DNA from: an uncultured delta proteobacterium
GTDB taxonomy: Bacteria > Desulfobacterota > Binatia > Binatales > Binataceae
Direction of reading: 5' to 3'
DNA length: 64,000 nucleotides
NCBI GenBank assembly: GCA_963808235.1
Contig: CAWEEQ010000004.1
Coordinates: 1,568,001-1,632,000, forward strand
Part shown: positions 30,043 through 39,077 of the stretch, one piece after another
Layout of the letters: each line of letters opens with the position of its first letter
How positions within the stretch are numbered: position 1 is the stretch's first letter
Notes under the pieces: generated by a model
What the model was told of the DNA's origin: nothing
Databases searched by the model: none
Seen by the model: only the letters and a program-made list of their open reading frames with translations
Made by a program: the position numbers and the translations under genes

Positions 30043-31572
30043 CTAGTTCGAGTTCTTCGGCGGCAGATCCCTAAGCGACGTCGCCACGAACCACACATGA
30101 CCAAACGGATCTTCGATTCCTCCGCATCGATCGCCCCAGTCCTTGTCCGCCAGCGGATCGATCACTTTCGCGCCGGCTTCGATCGCGCGCTTCACGACAT
30201 CGTCCACATTCGCGACGTGTACATAAAGATGCACCGGCGAGCCGCCGTACGAGTGCGGCGCGCGCGACAAGTCTCTCGAATCACTCTCGACGATATGGCG
30301 CGCGGTCGGATCCGAAAGCATGACCATCGTATCGCCGATCTTTAACTGCGCGTGACTTACAATCCCATCCTCATCAATTTCGCGATGCAACTCGGTCGCG
30401 CCGAATACCTGCTTGTAAAAATCCGCCGCCCGACCCGCACCCTCGACATACATGAACGGCATGATTCCGCGCCGCGCCACCGTAATCGGCTCGTCGGTCG
30501 CCTTGGATTGTTTCGCGACTTCCGCAACTCGAGGATCATCTGCCATCGAGATCTCCGAAGTCTCGGTCGCCGTCCCGTACAGCATCGATACCGATTTCCG
30601 CGCGAGCTGCCGATGCCACAGTCCCTGCGGGCACACGAACGCCGATCCCGCGCGGATCGTTTCGTGAACCGGCCCGTCGTCGGTCAATACCGTCACCTCG
30701 ACTTCGCCGTCGAGTGCGTAGAGCAACTCGTCGCCGTCCGGATGACGCTCCCACGGCGTCAGCCCCGAGTAACTCATCACGCCGAGCGACAAGTTATCGA
30801 GCTTCGCGACTGTGCGCACCGCCGCGTCAGCTTCCTCTCCGGTAGTGCTCGCGGTGATATTGAGATGCGGCACCTCGCGCAGCGCCGCGCGCAGATCATG
30901 CACCTCGAGGCGTGGCGCGCGCTTCCGCCCGCCTTTCGCCCGAAATTTTCCCTCACGGCGAGGATCTTTCCGCGAGTTCTCGGTCCCCTCGCCCGGCGTC
31001 AGGTAAAGCGCCGCGATCGCCGGCTGCGGGATCGTCTGATGCCAGAGTCCCTGCGGACAGACAAAAAGCGAACCCTCGCGCACCTTCGATCGAACCGGCC
31101 CGCCATCGGTCAGCGTTAGTATTTCCGCCGCCCCTTCGACGACGTAGATCATCTCGTCGCCGCCCGGATGACGCTCCCAACTGGCACCCGTCGCGCGCGA
31201 TACCACCAGCGTGGTGCGGTTCGCCTGCGCAAGGAACTTCATCGACCTATCAGGCAGTCCGACCAGCGCCGCGCGCACGTCATGCGCGACGAGTTGCGGT
31301 TCGTCCGCCATCTCTTTTATCCGCGCGTCAATATCCTCGTGAGTTAATAGCGGCTTGCCGCCAACCGGCTTCGACGCTACCGCCGGAACGCTCGACGCAA
31401 GCTCCGCCTTCAGACTCGATTTGAACTCCGCGCGCGGCATCTCGCGAAGCTCGCCCGCAATTCGAAGTATCGCCCGAAGGCGCGGGTCGAGAGATCGAAG
31501 CGGCGCGTCCGGCCTGGCCATGATCGCCTCCACCGCCTCGTCGAGTTGATCGATTAATTTCCCCTTAGCCAT
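30043..31572 (-). CDS. Putative anti-sigma-like N-terminus + two cupin domains + VOC domain fusion
   Basis: Repeated 'WERHPxGDE..VCPQGLWH' cupin motifs; C-terminal 'WGDRCGGIEDPFGHVW'. Confidence 0.8.
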   Translation of the reverse strand: MAKGKLIDQLDEAVEAIMARPDAPLRSLDPRLRAILRIAGELREMPRAEFKSSLKAELASSVPAVASKPVGGKPLLTHEDIDARIKEMADEPQLVAHDVRAALVGLPDRSMKFLAQANRTTLVVSRATGASWERHPGGDEMIYVVEGAAEILTLTDGGPVRSKVREGSLFVCPQGLWHQTIPQPAIAALYLTPGEGTENSRKDPRREGKFRAKGGRKRAPRLEVHDLRAALREVPHLNITASTTGEEADAAVRTVAKLDNLSLGVMSYSGLTPWERHPDGDELLYALDGEVEVTVLTDDGPVHETIRAGSAFVCPQGLWHRQLARKSVSMLYGTATETSEISMADDPRVAEVAKQSKATDEPITVARRGIMPFMYVEGAGRAADFYKQVFGATELHREIDEDGIVSHAQLKIGDTMVMLSDPTARHIVESDSRDLSRAPHSYGGSPVHLYVHVANVDDVVKRAIEAGAKVIDPLADKDWGDRCGGIEDPFGHVWFVATSLRDLPPKNSN

Positions 31573-32191
31573 TCGTATCACCTAACCGCACCCGCAAATT
31601 CTGCAGGCCGCGGAATTGAAGCTGCTTTATCGCTCCCTCCGTCCGCTTGAGCGCCGTCGCGATTTCGCGAATCGATTTCTGCTCCGTAAATCGCATCACG
31701 ATTACCCGCGATTGATCGATCGGAAGCCGCTCGACCAGCTTGAACAGCCGCGCGCGCCGTTCGATCTCGTCGAAGTCGGGCCCATGCTCCCCTCGATCGG
31801 GCAGATCCTCGACTTCGACTTCATTTGCGATCCGACGATCCGTGGACTTCGAACGATCGACGATCGCATTTGCCGCGATTCGATATAGCCACGCCGAAAA
31901 CGGCGCCCCGCGCCATTCGAAACGCGCGAGGTTCTTGAGCGCACTGTGAAATACGTCGGCGGTGAGATCCTGCGCGACATCCCGATCGCGAACCCGTCGC
32001 GCGATATACGCGTACACCCGCTCGAAGTTGTTCTCGTACAGCTCCGCGAATCGACTCCGATCGCGCTGCGCCGCCTCGATCAACTCCCGCTCCGCACCGT
32101 CGGGCGCGCACTTCGCACTCCGCACGGACGTCTTCAACGCCACGGATTCCGATTCTCGCCGCTCGGGCTTCAATGCGGGATCTCCAGACAC
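31565..32191 (-). CDS. ECF sigma-70 factor
   Basis: 'AQDLTADVF', 'FSAWLYRIAAN', region 4 'SIREIATALKRTEGAIKQLQFRG'. Confidence 0.93.
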   Translation of the reverse strand: MSGDPALKPERRESESVALKTSVRSAKCAPDGAERELIEAAQRDRSRFAELYENNFERVYAYIARRVRDRDVAQDLTADVFHSALKNLARFEWRGAPFSAWLYRIAANAIVDRSKSTDRRIANEVEVEDLPDRGEHGPDFDEIERRARLFKLVERLPIDQSRVIVMRFTEQKSIREIATALKRTEGAIKQLQFRGLQNLRVRLGDTNG

Positions 32192-32210
32192 ACTCGCCTC
32201 TACCTACATG

Positions 32211-32236
32211 AAACCCCGCGCCCCCGGAAAGGTTAC
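32211..32236 (-). promoter_or_regulatory. Possible ECF-type autoregulatory promoter
   Basis: GTAACC-N16-GTTT about 20 nt upstream of the sigma start. Confidence 0.35.
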
Positions 32237-32256
32237 GGTCTGATCCTGGTCATAGC

Positions 32257-32346
32257 CTCTCCCGCAGCTGTCGGCGATGTCGCCAGCCGCAAACCGGGAG
32301 AGGCCATCCGGCGACATCTATGTTGTCGGACGGGTGAGGGCGCTGG
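32257..32346. repeat. REP-like palindromic element, homolog of 26626-26715
   Basis: Same CTCTCCCGC..CCAGCCGCAA.CCGGGAGAGG..GACAT..GGGTGAGGGCGCTGG layout. Confidence 0.75.
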
Positions 32347-32366
32347 ATAAGGCGTTGTACTGAGAT

Positions 32367-32942
32367 CTAGCTGGTCGAGCCTTTATCGTTGGGCAGATTC
32401 ACGAACACCGCCGCCGTGACCACCGTGGTCCACAGCCCGTCGCGATCGCCCATCGCCGACTGCGTGATATTCCGCGTCTGCACGATCTTGTCCGACAGCT
32501 TCCACACGTCCTTGCGTTCGTCGTAACTCACGTTGGGATCGAAATCGACGCCGAGCGCCGTCGCCAGCATCGTCGCCGCGAGGTCCTCCGCGTAGTCGCC
32601 CGCCTTCTCGTCGGTCTGCCCGAAGCTCTTGTGCTCGCTGAGGTAGCCGTATTGATCGCGCTCGGCCGGGATCGCCAGGCCGACCGACGCCGCGACCAGC
32701 CGATGCGGTTCGTTGGTCGAGTTGTCGTACATCACCGCATAGACGATCTGCCCGGGAGTCAGCGTCTTGAGCCCGTCCTGAATCGAGATCACTTTGCATC
32801 CCGGCGGGAAGATCGAGCTGACCCGCACCAGGTTGAACTCCGCGATTCTCGCGTCGCGCAGCGCCAGCTCGAACGAGGTGAGTTTCTCGCGATGCTTCCC
32901 GACTCCCTTGGTCAGAAAAATTGCCTTCCCTATCGGCCCCAT
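32367..32942 (-). CDS. Pyruvoyl-dependent arginine decarboxylase
   Basis: '[26 protein letters not shown]' (Ser-Ser autocleavage site), 'YGYLSEH'. Confidence 0.9.
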   Translation of the reverse strand: MGPIGKAIFLTKGVGKHREKLTSFELALRDARIAEFNLVRVSSIFPPGCKVISIQDGLKTLTPGQIVYAVMYDNSTNEPHRLVAASVGLAIPAERDQYGYLSEHKSFGQTDEKAGDYAEDLAATMLATALGVDFDPNVSYDERKDVWKLSDKIVQTRNITQSAMGDRDGLWTTVVTAAVFVNLPNDKGSTS

Positions 32943-33110
32943 CTATTGTCCCCGCAAATCGCGCCCCCGGCGCATTTTGATCACTGTGAAAAGTGAAAAG
33001 GTGAAAATCAACAATAGACAGGATTTCAGTTCCACGAATCAAGCGCCACCCCCGCAAGACCGGCAAATGTGACGGCCCCCGGATCCCGACCCCACGCGCA
33101 CCAATCCCCC

Positions 33111-33147
33111 GAAACGACCGCGCCGCCGAATTCCTTCGGCGGCGCGG
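33111..33147 (-). terminator. Hairpin terminator of small secreted protein 1
   Basis: 13-bp perfect stem CCGCGCCGCCGAA/TTCGGCGGCGCGG; near-identical copy at 33706-33743. Confidence 0.7.
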
Positions 33148-33168
33148 CAAACTGGCAAGCTTCAGTCT

Positions 33169-33480
33169 TTACCGATTGTCGTCGTCACTGTGGCGATCAC
33201 CATAGTTATGATTCGCCACGTCGTTGTTCAGATCGTTCTTCTGATCCTGCATGTCGGCACGATGCGCCTGGATTTCTTCTTTCTCACGAGACGCCGCGCC
33301 GTACCTTCCTTGATCCATGTCCTCGCGCTTCTCCTGCTTGTCGTGCTGGATAGCGGCGTGCTCCTGGTCGATCGACTGAGCATCGTGGTTCATGTCCTGA
33401 TAGCTCTGCGCATATGCCATCGGAAGCGCCATTAGCGTCCCCAATGCGCCTGCTGCCAACGTGAGTACAAGTCGCTTCAT
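33169..33480 (-). CDS. Small secreted hydrophilic protein (paralog 1)
   Basis: Start MKRLVLTLAAGALG with SD AGGAGG; AYA cleavage site; Asp/Gln/His-rich mature part. Confidence 0.8.
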   Translation of the reverse strand: MKRLVLTLAAGALGTLMALPMAYAQSYQDMNHDAQSIDQEHAAIQHDKQEKREDMDQGRYGAASREKEEIQAHRADMQDQKNDLNNDVANHNYGDRHSDDDNR

Positions 33481-33605
33481 AATAGGAGGCCCTCCTGGCC
33501 AGTTTGTCGCAATGTAGCCGTGGGGCAGTGAAAAGCGAGGATCACGGCATTTGATCGATTGCCATTTGCCAGAGGCACCGTGCCAGTGGCGCTTCACCTA
33601 ATTCA

Positions 33606-33621
33606 TGCAGCGGCTATGCCA
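33606..33621 (-). promoter_or_regulatory. Sigma54 (-24/-12) promoter
   Basis: TGGCATAGCCGCTGCA (GG-N10-GC); matching site upstream of paralog 2. Confidence 0.65.
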
Positions 33622-33705
33622 CAAACAAATGCAGCGCCTGCGGGATAGACTTTCCGGCGTACAGTCAGCGCAGAGTCGGCGATCGGTAAAATGTTTCGCC
33701 GCGCC

Positions 33706-33743
33706 CGAAACGACCGCGCCGCCGAATTACTTCGGCGGCGCGG
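33706..33743 (-). terminator. Hairpin terminator of small secreted protein 2
   Basis: Same 13-bp stem as 33118-33147. Confidence 0.7.
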
Positions 33744-33770
33744 ATCGTTAACTTGCTAACCCTTCAGCTC

Positions 33771-34091
33771 TTAGTCGTCGCTGTCGTGATTGCGCCATCG
33801 GTCACCGTAGTAACGATTCGCCATGTCGTTGTTCAGATCATCCTTCGTGGCCCGCTTGTCCTCACGACGCTGCTCGATTTCCGCCTGCTCACGAGCCGCC
33901 GCGCCGTATCGCCCTTGCTCCATGTCCTCGCGCTGCTCTTCGCGATCATGCTGGATACCGGCGTTATCGTGCTGAATCCTCGCCGCGTCGCCGTTCATGT
34001 CCTCCCAGCTCTGCGCATGTGCGATCGGAATCACCAGCAGGGATCCCAATGCGCCTGCTGCCAACGTGACTAGTAGTCGCTTCATAAACAC
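33771..34091 (-). CDS. Small secreted hydrophilic protein (paralog 2)
   Basis: 'MKRLLVTLAAGALG..AHAQSWEDMN..REDMEQGRYGAAARE..DLNND' closely matches paralog 1. Confidence 0.8.
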   Translation of the reverse strand: MFMKRLLVTLAAGALGSLLVIPIAHAQSWEDMNGDAARIQHDNAGIQHDREEQREDMEQGRYGAAAREQAEIEQRREDKRATKDDLNNDMANRYYGDRWRNHDSDD

Positions 34092-34187
34092 GATCTCCTT
34101 GCATGAGTTATCGCAAGTTCACGAGAGCACCCGTGAGTGCCAGGTAAATTTTGCGATTGGTGCCACGCAGCACCTACTCTCTGTGGA

Positions 34188-34203
34188 TGCAGACCCTATG
34201 CCA
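34188..34203 (-). promoter_or_regulatory. Sigma54 (-24/-12) promoter
   Basis: TGGCATAGGGTCTGCA (GG-N10-GC). Confidence 0.65.
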
Positions 34204-34674
34204 GAAATAATCGCGCGATTGCGAAATAAAAGTTTCGCAGCCGGATCCCCGCGACAAGTAAAAAGTAAAAAAGTAAATGTTTCGCCGCACCCACCCAAAA
34301 TCTTACCGCGATGTTATTACCCCTCTCCCTATCAGGAAATCTCTGCACAACGGGCCGCAGCTTCTTCCCCTCTCCCGATGGGAGAGGATTGAAGGCGAGG
34401 GACCTTATCCAGCGCGCGCTTCGCGCGATTCAAAGATTCTGCTCGGCTCCGAAACCTCGCGGAGGTTACGCAAAGCTCTCCCTCAGGAGAGACCAACGAA
34501 GCAGACAAAAATCTAGGCAGCGCATTATTTTCGAAGGACCAATCTCCCAGACGGCCGAGAGCAAAAGACCGTCCTCGGGATTTTGCGATTGATACTGGGT
34601 GCAGGGGTCACCCCTGCCGCCAGCCGCGCAGGCGTGACTAAGATTCTTATTCTCCCTCCTACCGCTTCTCCCCC

Positions 34675-35601
34675 CTACTTCGCCCCCTTCTCCCCCGCCG
34701 GCGCGATTGCGCCCTCCGTCTCCCCCGATCTCCTCCGCGCATTCCCCCGCTCTTTGCGCCGCGCGTACTTCCGCTTCCCTTCCGCCACCCGCGCATCTTC
34801 CATCGCACCATATTTGACGGGGTCGAATGGAATCAGCGGCTTCAAGCCGGCTCTCATACTGACCTTCGGGAACAGCGCCCGGTTCCGCTCGATCTCCCCA
34901 AGCGCCCAGTCGCACCAGCGGATATTCTCTTCCATCCAGTCGATTCCGCGCTTGAGCGTGAACCACGTAAACATCGTGTTCACATCGCGATATGCGTCAT
35001 CGCCCGCGAAATAGTTCTGCTCCATTTCCCGATACCGCTTCAGATAGAGCTGCCACGAGAGCCGCTCTTCGGCGATTACCTCGCGCGCACCGTCGGCCCC
35101 CAGATGACCTAGAAACCGGCACCGCAAAAGTGGCGGATGCTTCAGTCTCAACCCTTCGAATGGACCCTCGAGCCATTCGACCAGCAGCCGCTCGCCCGAG
35201 GGCGTGATCGTGTACACCTGCTTGTTGGGCCGCTTGCGCTGCGTGACCCTGCGCCTGTGGATCACCCCGAATTCTTCCATCCGTTCCAGGGTCGAGTAGA
35301 TCTGCGTGGGATGCGCATGCCAGTAATGCGCCATCGAAATATCGAACAGCTTGACCAGGTCGTATCCCGACACCCCCGGCGTCTCCGCGATAAGCCCGAG
35401 CAACGCCAAATCCAGCGTCGCCGTCCTCCCCGGCGACCGCGTAAACCGCGGAACTTCGTCGTCTTCGATATCCTCGATCTCCTCAAACGAAACCCGCCGC
35501 GGAACAACGGAATCCGCCTCACGCCCCCGCCCAATTCTTTCCTTCTTCACGACACCTAACTTTATCCGCGCCGAACCGAGGTTTCCATCGACTCCCAACA
35601 A
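34675..35601 (-). CDS. PadR-family transcriptional regulator (true start probably downstream)
   Basis: 'LALLGLIAE..SGYDL..QIYSTL..KQVYTITPSG'. Confidence 0.85.
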   Translation of the reverse strand: MLGVDGNLGSARIKLGVVKKERIGRGREADSVVPRRVSFEEIEDIEDDEVPRFTRSPGRTATLDLALLGLIAETPGVSGYDLVKLFDISMAHYWHAHPTQIYSTLERMEEFGVIHRRRVTQRKRPNKQVYTITPSGERLLVEWLEGPFEGLRLKHPPLLRCRFLGHLGADGAREVIAEERLSWQLYLKRYREMEQNYFAGDDAYRDVNTMFTWFTLKRGIDWMEENIRWCDWALGEIERNRALFPKVSMRAGLKPLIPFDPVKYGAMEDARVAEGKRKYARRKERGNARRRSGETEGAIAPAGEKGAK

Positions 35602-35678
35602 CCCGCGCTGCCCCTTATTTTTGTGTCATTGCCAGAGCCGCAGCCCAAGAATCCCGAATCCAATGACTGCAATCTTTG

Positions 35679-36300
35679 TGTCATTCTAGAGCGAAGCGAA
35701 AGCCTGCCCTGAGCGAAGCCGAACGGGAATCCCGATTCCTTTTCCGAGATCGTCCCCCTCCGTCATCCTGAACGCCGCCTATGTCATCCTGACCGAAGCC
35801 AGCAACGCGGCGCAGTGGAACTGGCTTCTGGCCTCCGGACAGCTTCGCGCCAGCGAAGCCGGTTCCGGTTTCGAGTCGCCGCGTCCAGTCGTGCACCCTG
35901 AGTATTCGCGAAGAGCCTGCCCCGAGTATTCCCGAGGGGGCGAAGCGATGCTCCTTGTTCTTCTTCAGCTCCTCATCAGAAATTCCCTCCCACCAGTTAG
36001 GATGTCGCGTTCCGCGCCACTTCTTAGCCAAGAGCTAGTGGCACGGGCGTCCCTGCCCGTGATCGATCGCGTTCCGCGCCACTTGTTATTCGCCTCTCCC
36101 GCTTAGTCGCGGGAGAGGCCGCGCCTTCGGCGCGGGTGAGGGTGCTTTTTCACGGGAGAGGCGGCCGGTCGCTTCCGCGGTCGGTAGGTGAGGGTGCAGC
36201 CGACCCAAGCAACCCGCCCAACAACGCACACGCCATCCTATCTCTGTCATTCTAGAGCGCAGCGAAAGCCTGCCCTGAGCGAAGCCGAACGGGAATCCCG
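35679..36300. repeat. Cluster of REP-like palindromes with a 56-bp direct repeat (35679-35734 and 36245-36300)
   Basis: TGTCATTCTAGAGCG(A/C)AGCGAAAGCCTGCCCTGAGCGAAGCCGAACGGGAATCCCG twice, one mismatch; GTGGCACGGGCGTCCCTGCCCGTG hairpin; GGGAGAGG/GGTGAGGG units. Confidence 0.8.
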
Positions 36301-36368
36301 GATCTTTATTCCATGATCTCGGCGCTACGCGCCTGCTAGAAGTTTGAGTGAAGATTAAGCACAGCTCA

Positions 36369-39041
36369 CTAGGGTTCACGCAATTTGAGTTTTAGTTGCG
36401 GGCTGTGCGAATCGGGAGACTCAGAACGCGTAAACTCGGAGCGCAATGAGATGACTCCGCGAATCCTGGATCTCTCTCTAACGAGCTGCACACCGAGTTC
36501 AAATTCCTTTGCAGTGCCTTCGCTCAGAGGCATCTCGAATATATAGGATTGACGGCCGCTCTCGTCGAGTTGGTTCACCGGCAATTCGAACGTGATCAAC
36601 TTTTCCACTTCGTGGTCGGATGGGTACCGCAGATCAGGGCGACGATACAACTGATCGCTGGGAAGCTGTTGAGGGTTCGAAATAACAGCGGCAGGCTGAC
36701 CACGCGTCTTTAAATCTAGCCTGCTAGATTTACCCGAGAGCTGCTCCTTCCGAAGAGAGTGCAGAGTTGCGGTTTTTACGAGCATCAATCTCTTGGTAAA
36801 CCCGCCCCGGCGTCGTAACTTCTTTCTGCGCTCAACTTCTAGCTCTGACACAGAAGAGTCTATTACTTTGATCAAGGCCAAGACGACCTCTTGCAGATCC
36901 GCCAGTTCAGAGACGACATCTGCGCCAGATCGAGCGTCTAGTGCCTCATACGCTTCCTCAACGAGCTTTCGTCTAAGAGCGAGGACTAGCGCTTCGCCTT
37001 TCAGCTCAATACTCTCTGCTCTTTCGCCGCGGCCTTCGATCTGCCTTGGAATCAGGTCGCGCACAATCTTATTATACTCGACAACGTCCTCGTCCACCCC
37101 AAACAGGTCAACACATTCCACGTCGGCTCCTAGTCGTTGTAGGATGTAGTAGGCGTGCGACAAGATGCCACCAGCGAGTTCGATTACAAATCTCTTTTCC
37201 GATGCGAGCTTCCCGAGCTCTTCAGCAAAACTGCGATTTCTGATTAGTTCAGGATCGACCGGTTCGACTATAACTCGTTCGATCCTTTTTCCACTGTATA
37301 GTGCGTTCTTGAAGTCCGTCCAGTCTTTACTAGTTCCAATTCTATGGTCGCCCGCAGAGCGATATTTGTGCCGAGGCGCCGCGGCCTTGAGGACTCCAGA
37401 TAATTCTGACTTCTGGTGATACCAAGGCAAGATAGCATGCGGGCTTATCTCGCGCTGATTGTCCAAGAACCACATGACACTCACTGGGTGCTGTTCTCTC
37501 TCGGCAATTCGCCTTGTTGTTTCAGCGATCTCGAAGAGCCAGTCTTCCTTCGTTACGCTTTTACCCCAGTCGTACGGAGGCTTTGTAAAATGTGAACGCC
37601 ATTTGCCATCCTCATCAGATGCAATGAAAAGGCCTTTATATCGTAAGCGCTTCCTATATGTATATCTTCTCTTTCGAAGAGACCGGCTGAAATTGATCTT
37701 AGTCTCCTTCGTGTCGATTTCGAATGTGTCGTGGGAAAACCAATAGAGACCTTCAGGAAGACCCCATAGCGCCTCTATTCTGACAATGCGATTACCGGGC
37801 TCCGCGCGTGCCCACGCAGAGGCGACCGACGGGATGAAGTGATGCGCGATCAAGCACACGCCTGAAGTCCAGAGGTCATTCTGCTGAATCTTCCAGCTAA
37901 AGTCTCCGAGAAGCCATTCCGTTGCTTGACTGGAAGACCTAAGATCGTCACTTCGCGGCAACATCTCTCGCTTGTTCTGAGGGATCGCCTCGCCGTCAGT
38001 ACGTATTACCAGAGGCCGTTTTGTAAGCGCTTCCAAATCACCGAGACATGCAGAAGGCACAACTCCCTCGCGGATAGATTTCAGAACCGCCGCATCGTCG
38101 AGCACATAAAAGACCGGCATCGCGTAACCGAGACTCCTGTACATCTTTGCATTGTGCAACTTTCTGTAGCGATCATAGTCACGCGAGTTAGCTTTTCTGA
38201 ACACCCGAAAAAGATCGCCCTCGATCTCAGGTATTCTGCCTTGCAGAAGCGATTTTGGGGCGGTTCCACGACGGTGTTCCTCGGCGTCAGCTTGAACGAT
38301 CATAATGGTGCGGCCGTCCCATACCCATTCGAAGTGAATTCGCGAGGCTAAGGGCGCCGCCCACAACGCCACGCTCTTCAACGAGTTACTGATCCCTGTC
38401 TCAGAGCTGCATGTCAGCAACGAAATTGACCTATTTCCGGCATCTCGCCAGTTTCTTACGGCGATTCGAGCAGTATCTCCGGGCTGAACAGATTCTGGCT
38501 CGATCTCCACGATCCAGTCCCGTCCCTCGTGACTCAATCGCCGGACATTTGAGAGGTGTCCCTTTCGAACCGTAGTGACCGCCTCTTGAATGACCCAGTG
38601 CAATTGCTCTGCATCATTTCGACTTAGATGAGATAGCATCTTCCGAATCTCATCCGCCACGTCGCGGGGCGCGCATCGAGTCGAATCCAAGCGACCTCGT
38701 TGATCCAGCGTCTCTTCAGTTCCGCTAGATCGTACAAACACTTCTTTCTCGGCCCAAAGATCCAACTTTCGCAAACAGTCGTCTAACCATTCTTCAAAAG
38801 ATGAATCGTTTAGCTGCGCCTGCATCGAAGAAGCCGCGACCACGAAGAAACGCGGCACCCAACGTTGGGGCAGGCAGCAAAGGCCATATGCTTTCCAGCC
38901 TATCTGCTTTACGGAAATCTCAGCTGCGTCAAGGAGGATCGGACCCTCTCGCGAGAGACAAAGTACAGAACAAATCGGAACTAGCATGCGGCGAACTCGC
39001 CGCCGCCGTTGCTTCTTATCCTCCTTCTCTTTAGACGCCAC
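36369..39041 (-). CDS. Fusion of PEP-synthase/PPDK-like ATP-grasp domains, phospho-His domain and MazG-like NTP pyrophosphohydrolase (COG4997-like)
   Basis: IGWKAYGL, VRSSGTEE, WVIQE, IRTD, IEALWGLPEGL, GGILSHA; then 'YNKIVRDLIP..KLVEEAYE..ELADLQEV..KLRRRGGF'. Confidence 0.8.
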   Translation of the reverse strand: MASKEKEDKKQRRRRVRRMLVPICSVLCLSREGPILLDAAEISVKQIGWKAYGLCCLPQRWVPRFFVVAASSMQAQLNDSSFEEWLDDCLRKLDLWAEKEVFVRSSGTEETLDQRGRLDSTRCAPRDVADEIRKMLSHLSRNDAEQLHWVIQEAVTTVRKGHLSNVRRLSHEGRDWIVEIEPESVQPGDTARIAVRNWRDAGNRSISLLTCSSETGISNSLKSVALWAAPLASRIHFEWVWDGRTIMIVQADAEEHRRGTAPKSLLQGRIPEIEGDLFRVFRKANSRDYDRYRKLHNAKMYRSLGYAMPVFYVLDDAAVLKSIREGVVPSACLGDLEALTKRPLVIRTDGEAIPQNKREMLPRSDDLRSSSQATEWLLGDFSWKIQQNDLWTSGVCLIAHHFIPSVASAWARAEPGNRIVRIEALWGLPEGLYWFSHDTFEIDTKETKINFSRSLRKRRYTYRKRLRYKGLFIASDEDGKWRSHFTKPPYDWGKSVTKEDWLFEIAETTRRIAEREQHPVSVMWFLDNQREISPHAILPWYHQKSELSGVLKAAAPRHKYRSAGDHRIGTSKDWTDFKNALYSGKRIERVIVEPVDPELIRNRSFAEELGKLASEKRFVIELAGGILSHAYYILQRLGADVECVDLFGVDEDVVEYNKIVRDLIPRQIEGRGERAESIELKGEALVLALRRKLVEEAYEALDARSGADVVSELADLQEVVLALIKVIDSSVSELEVERRKKLRRRGGFTKRLMLVKTATLHSLRKEQLSGKSSRLDLKTRGQPAAVISNPQQLPSDQLYRRPDLRYPSDHEVEKLITFELPVNQLDESGRQSYIFEMPLSEGTAKEFELGVQLVRERSRIRGVISLRSEFTRSESPDSHSPQLKLKLREP

Positions 39042-39077
39042 AGGTTATTTTAGCAACCGCGCTTGCTCGGGAATCTG

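Noticed and set aside
35679-36300. Possible attL/attR sites or small ORFs in the repeat cluster
   Set aside because: Both 56-bp copies are on the same side of the island, there is no integrase, and the ORFs are translations of palindromic repeats.
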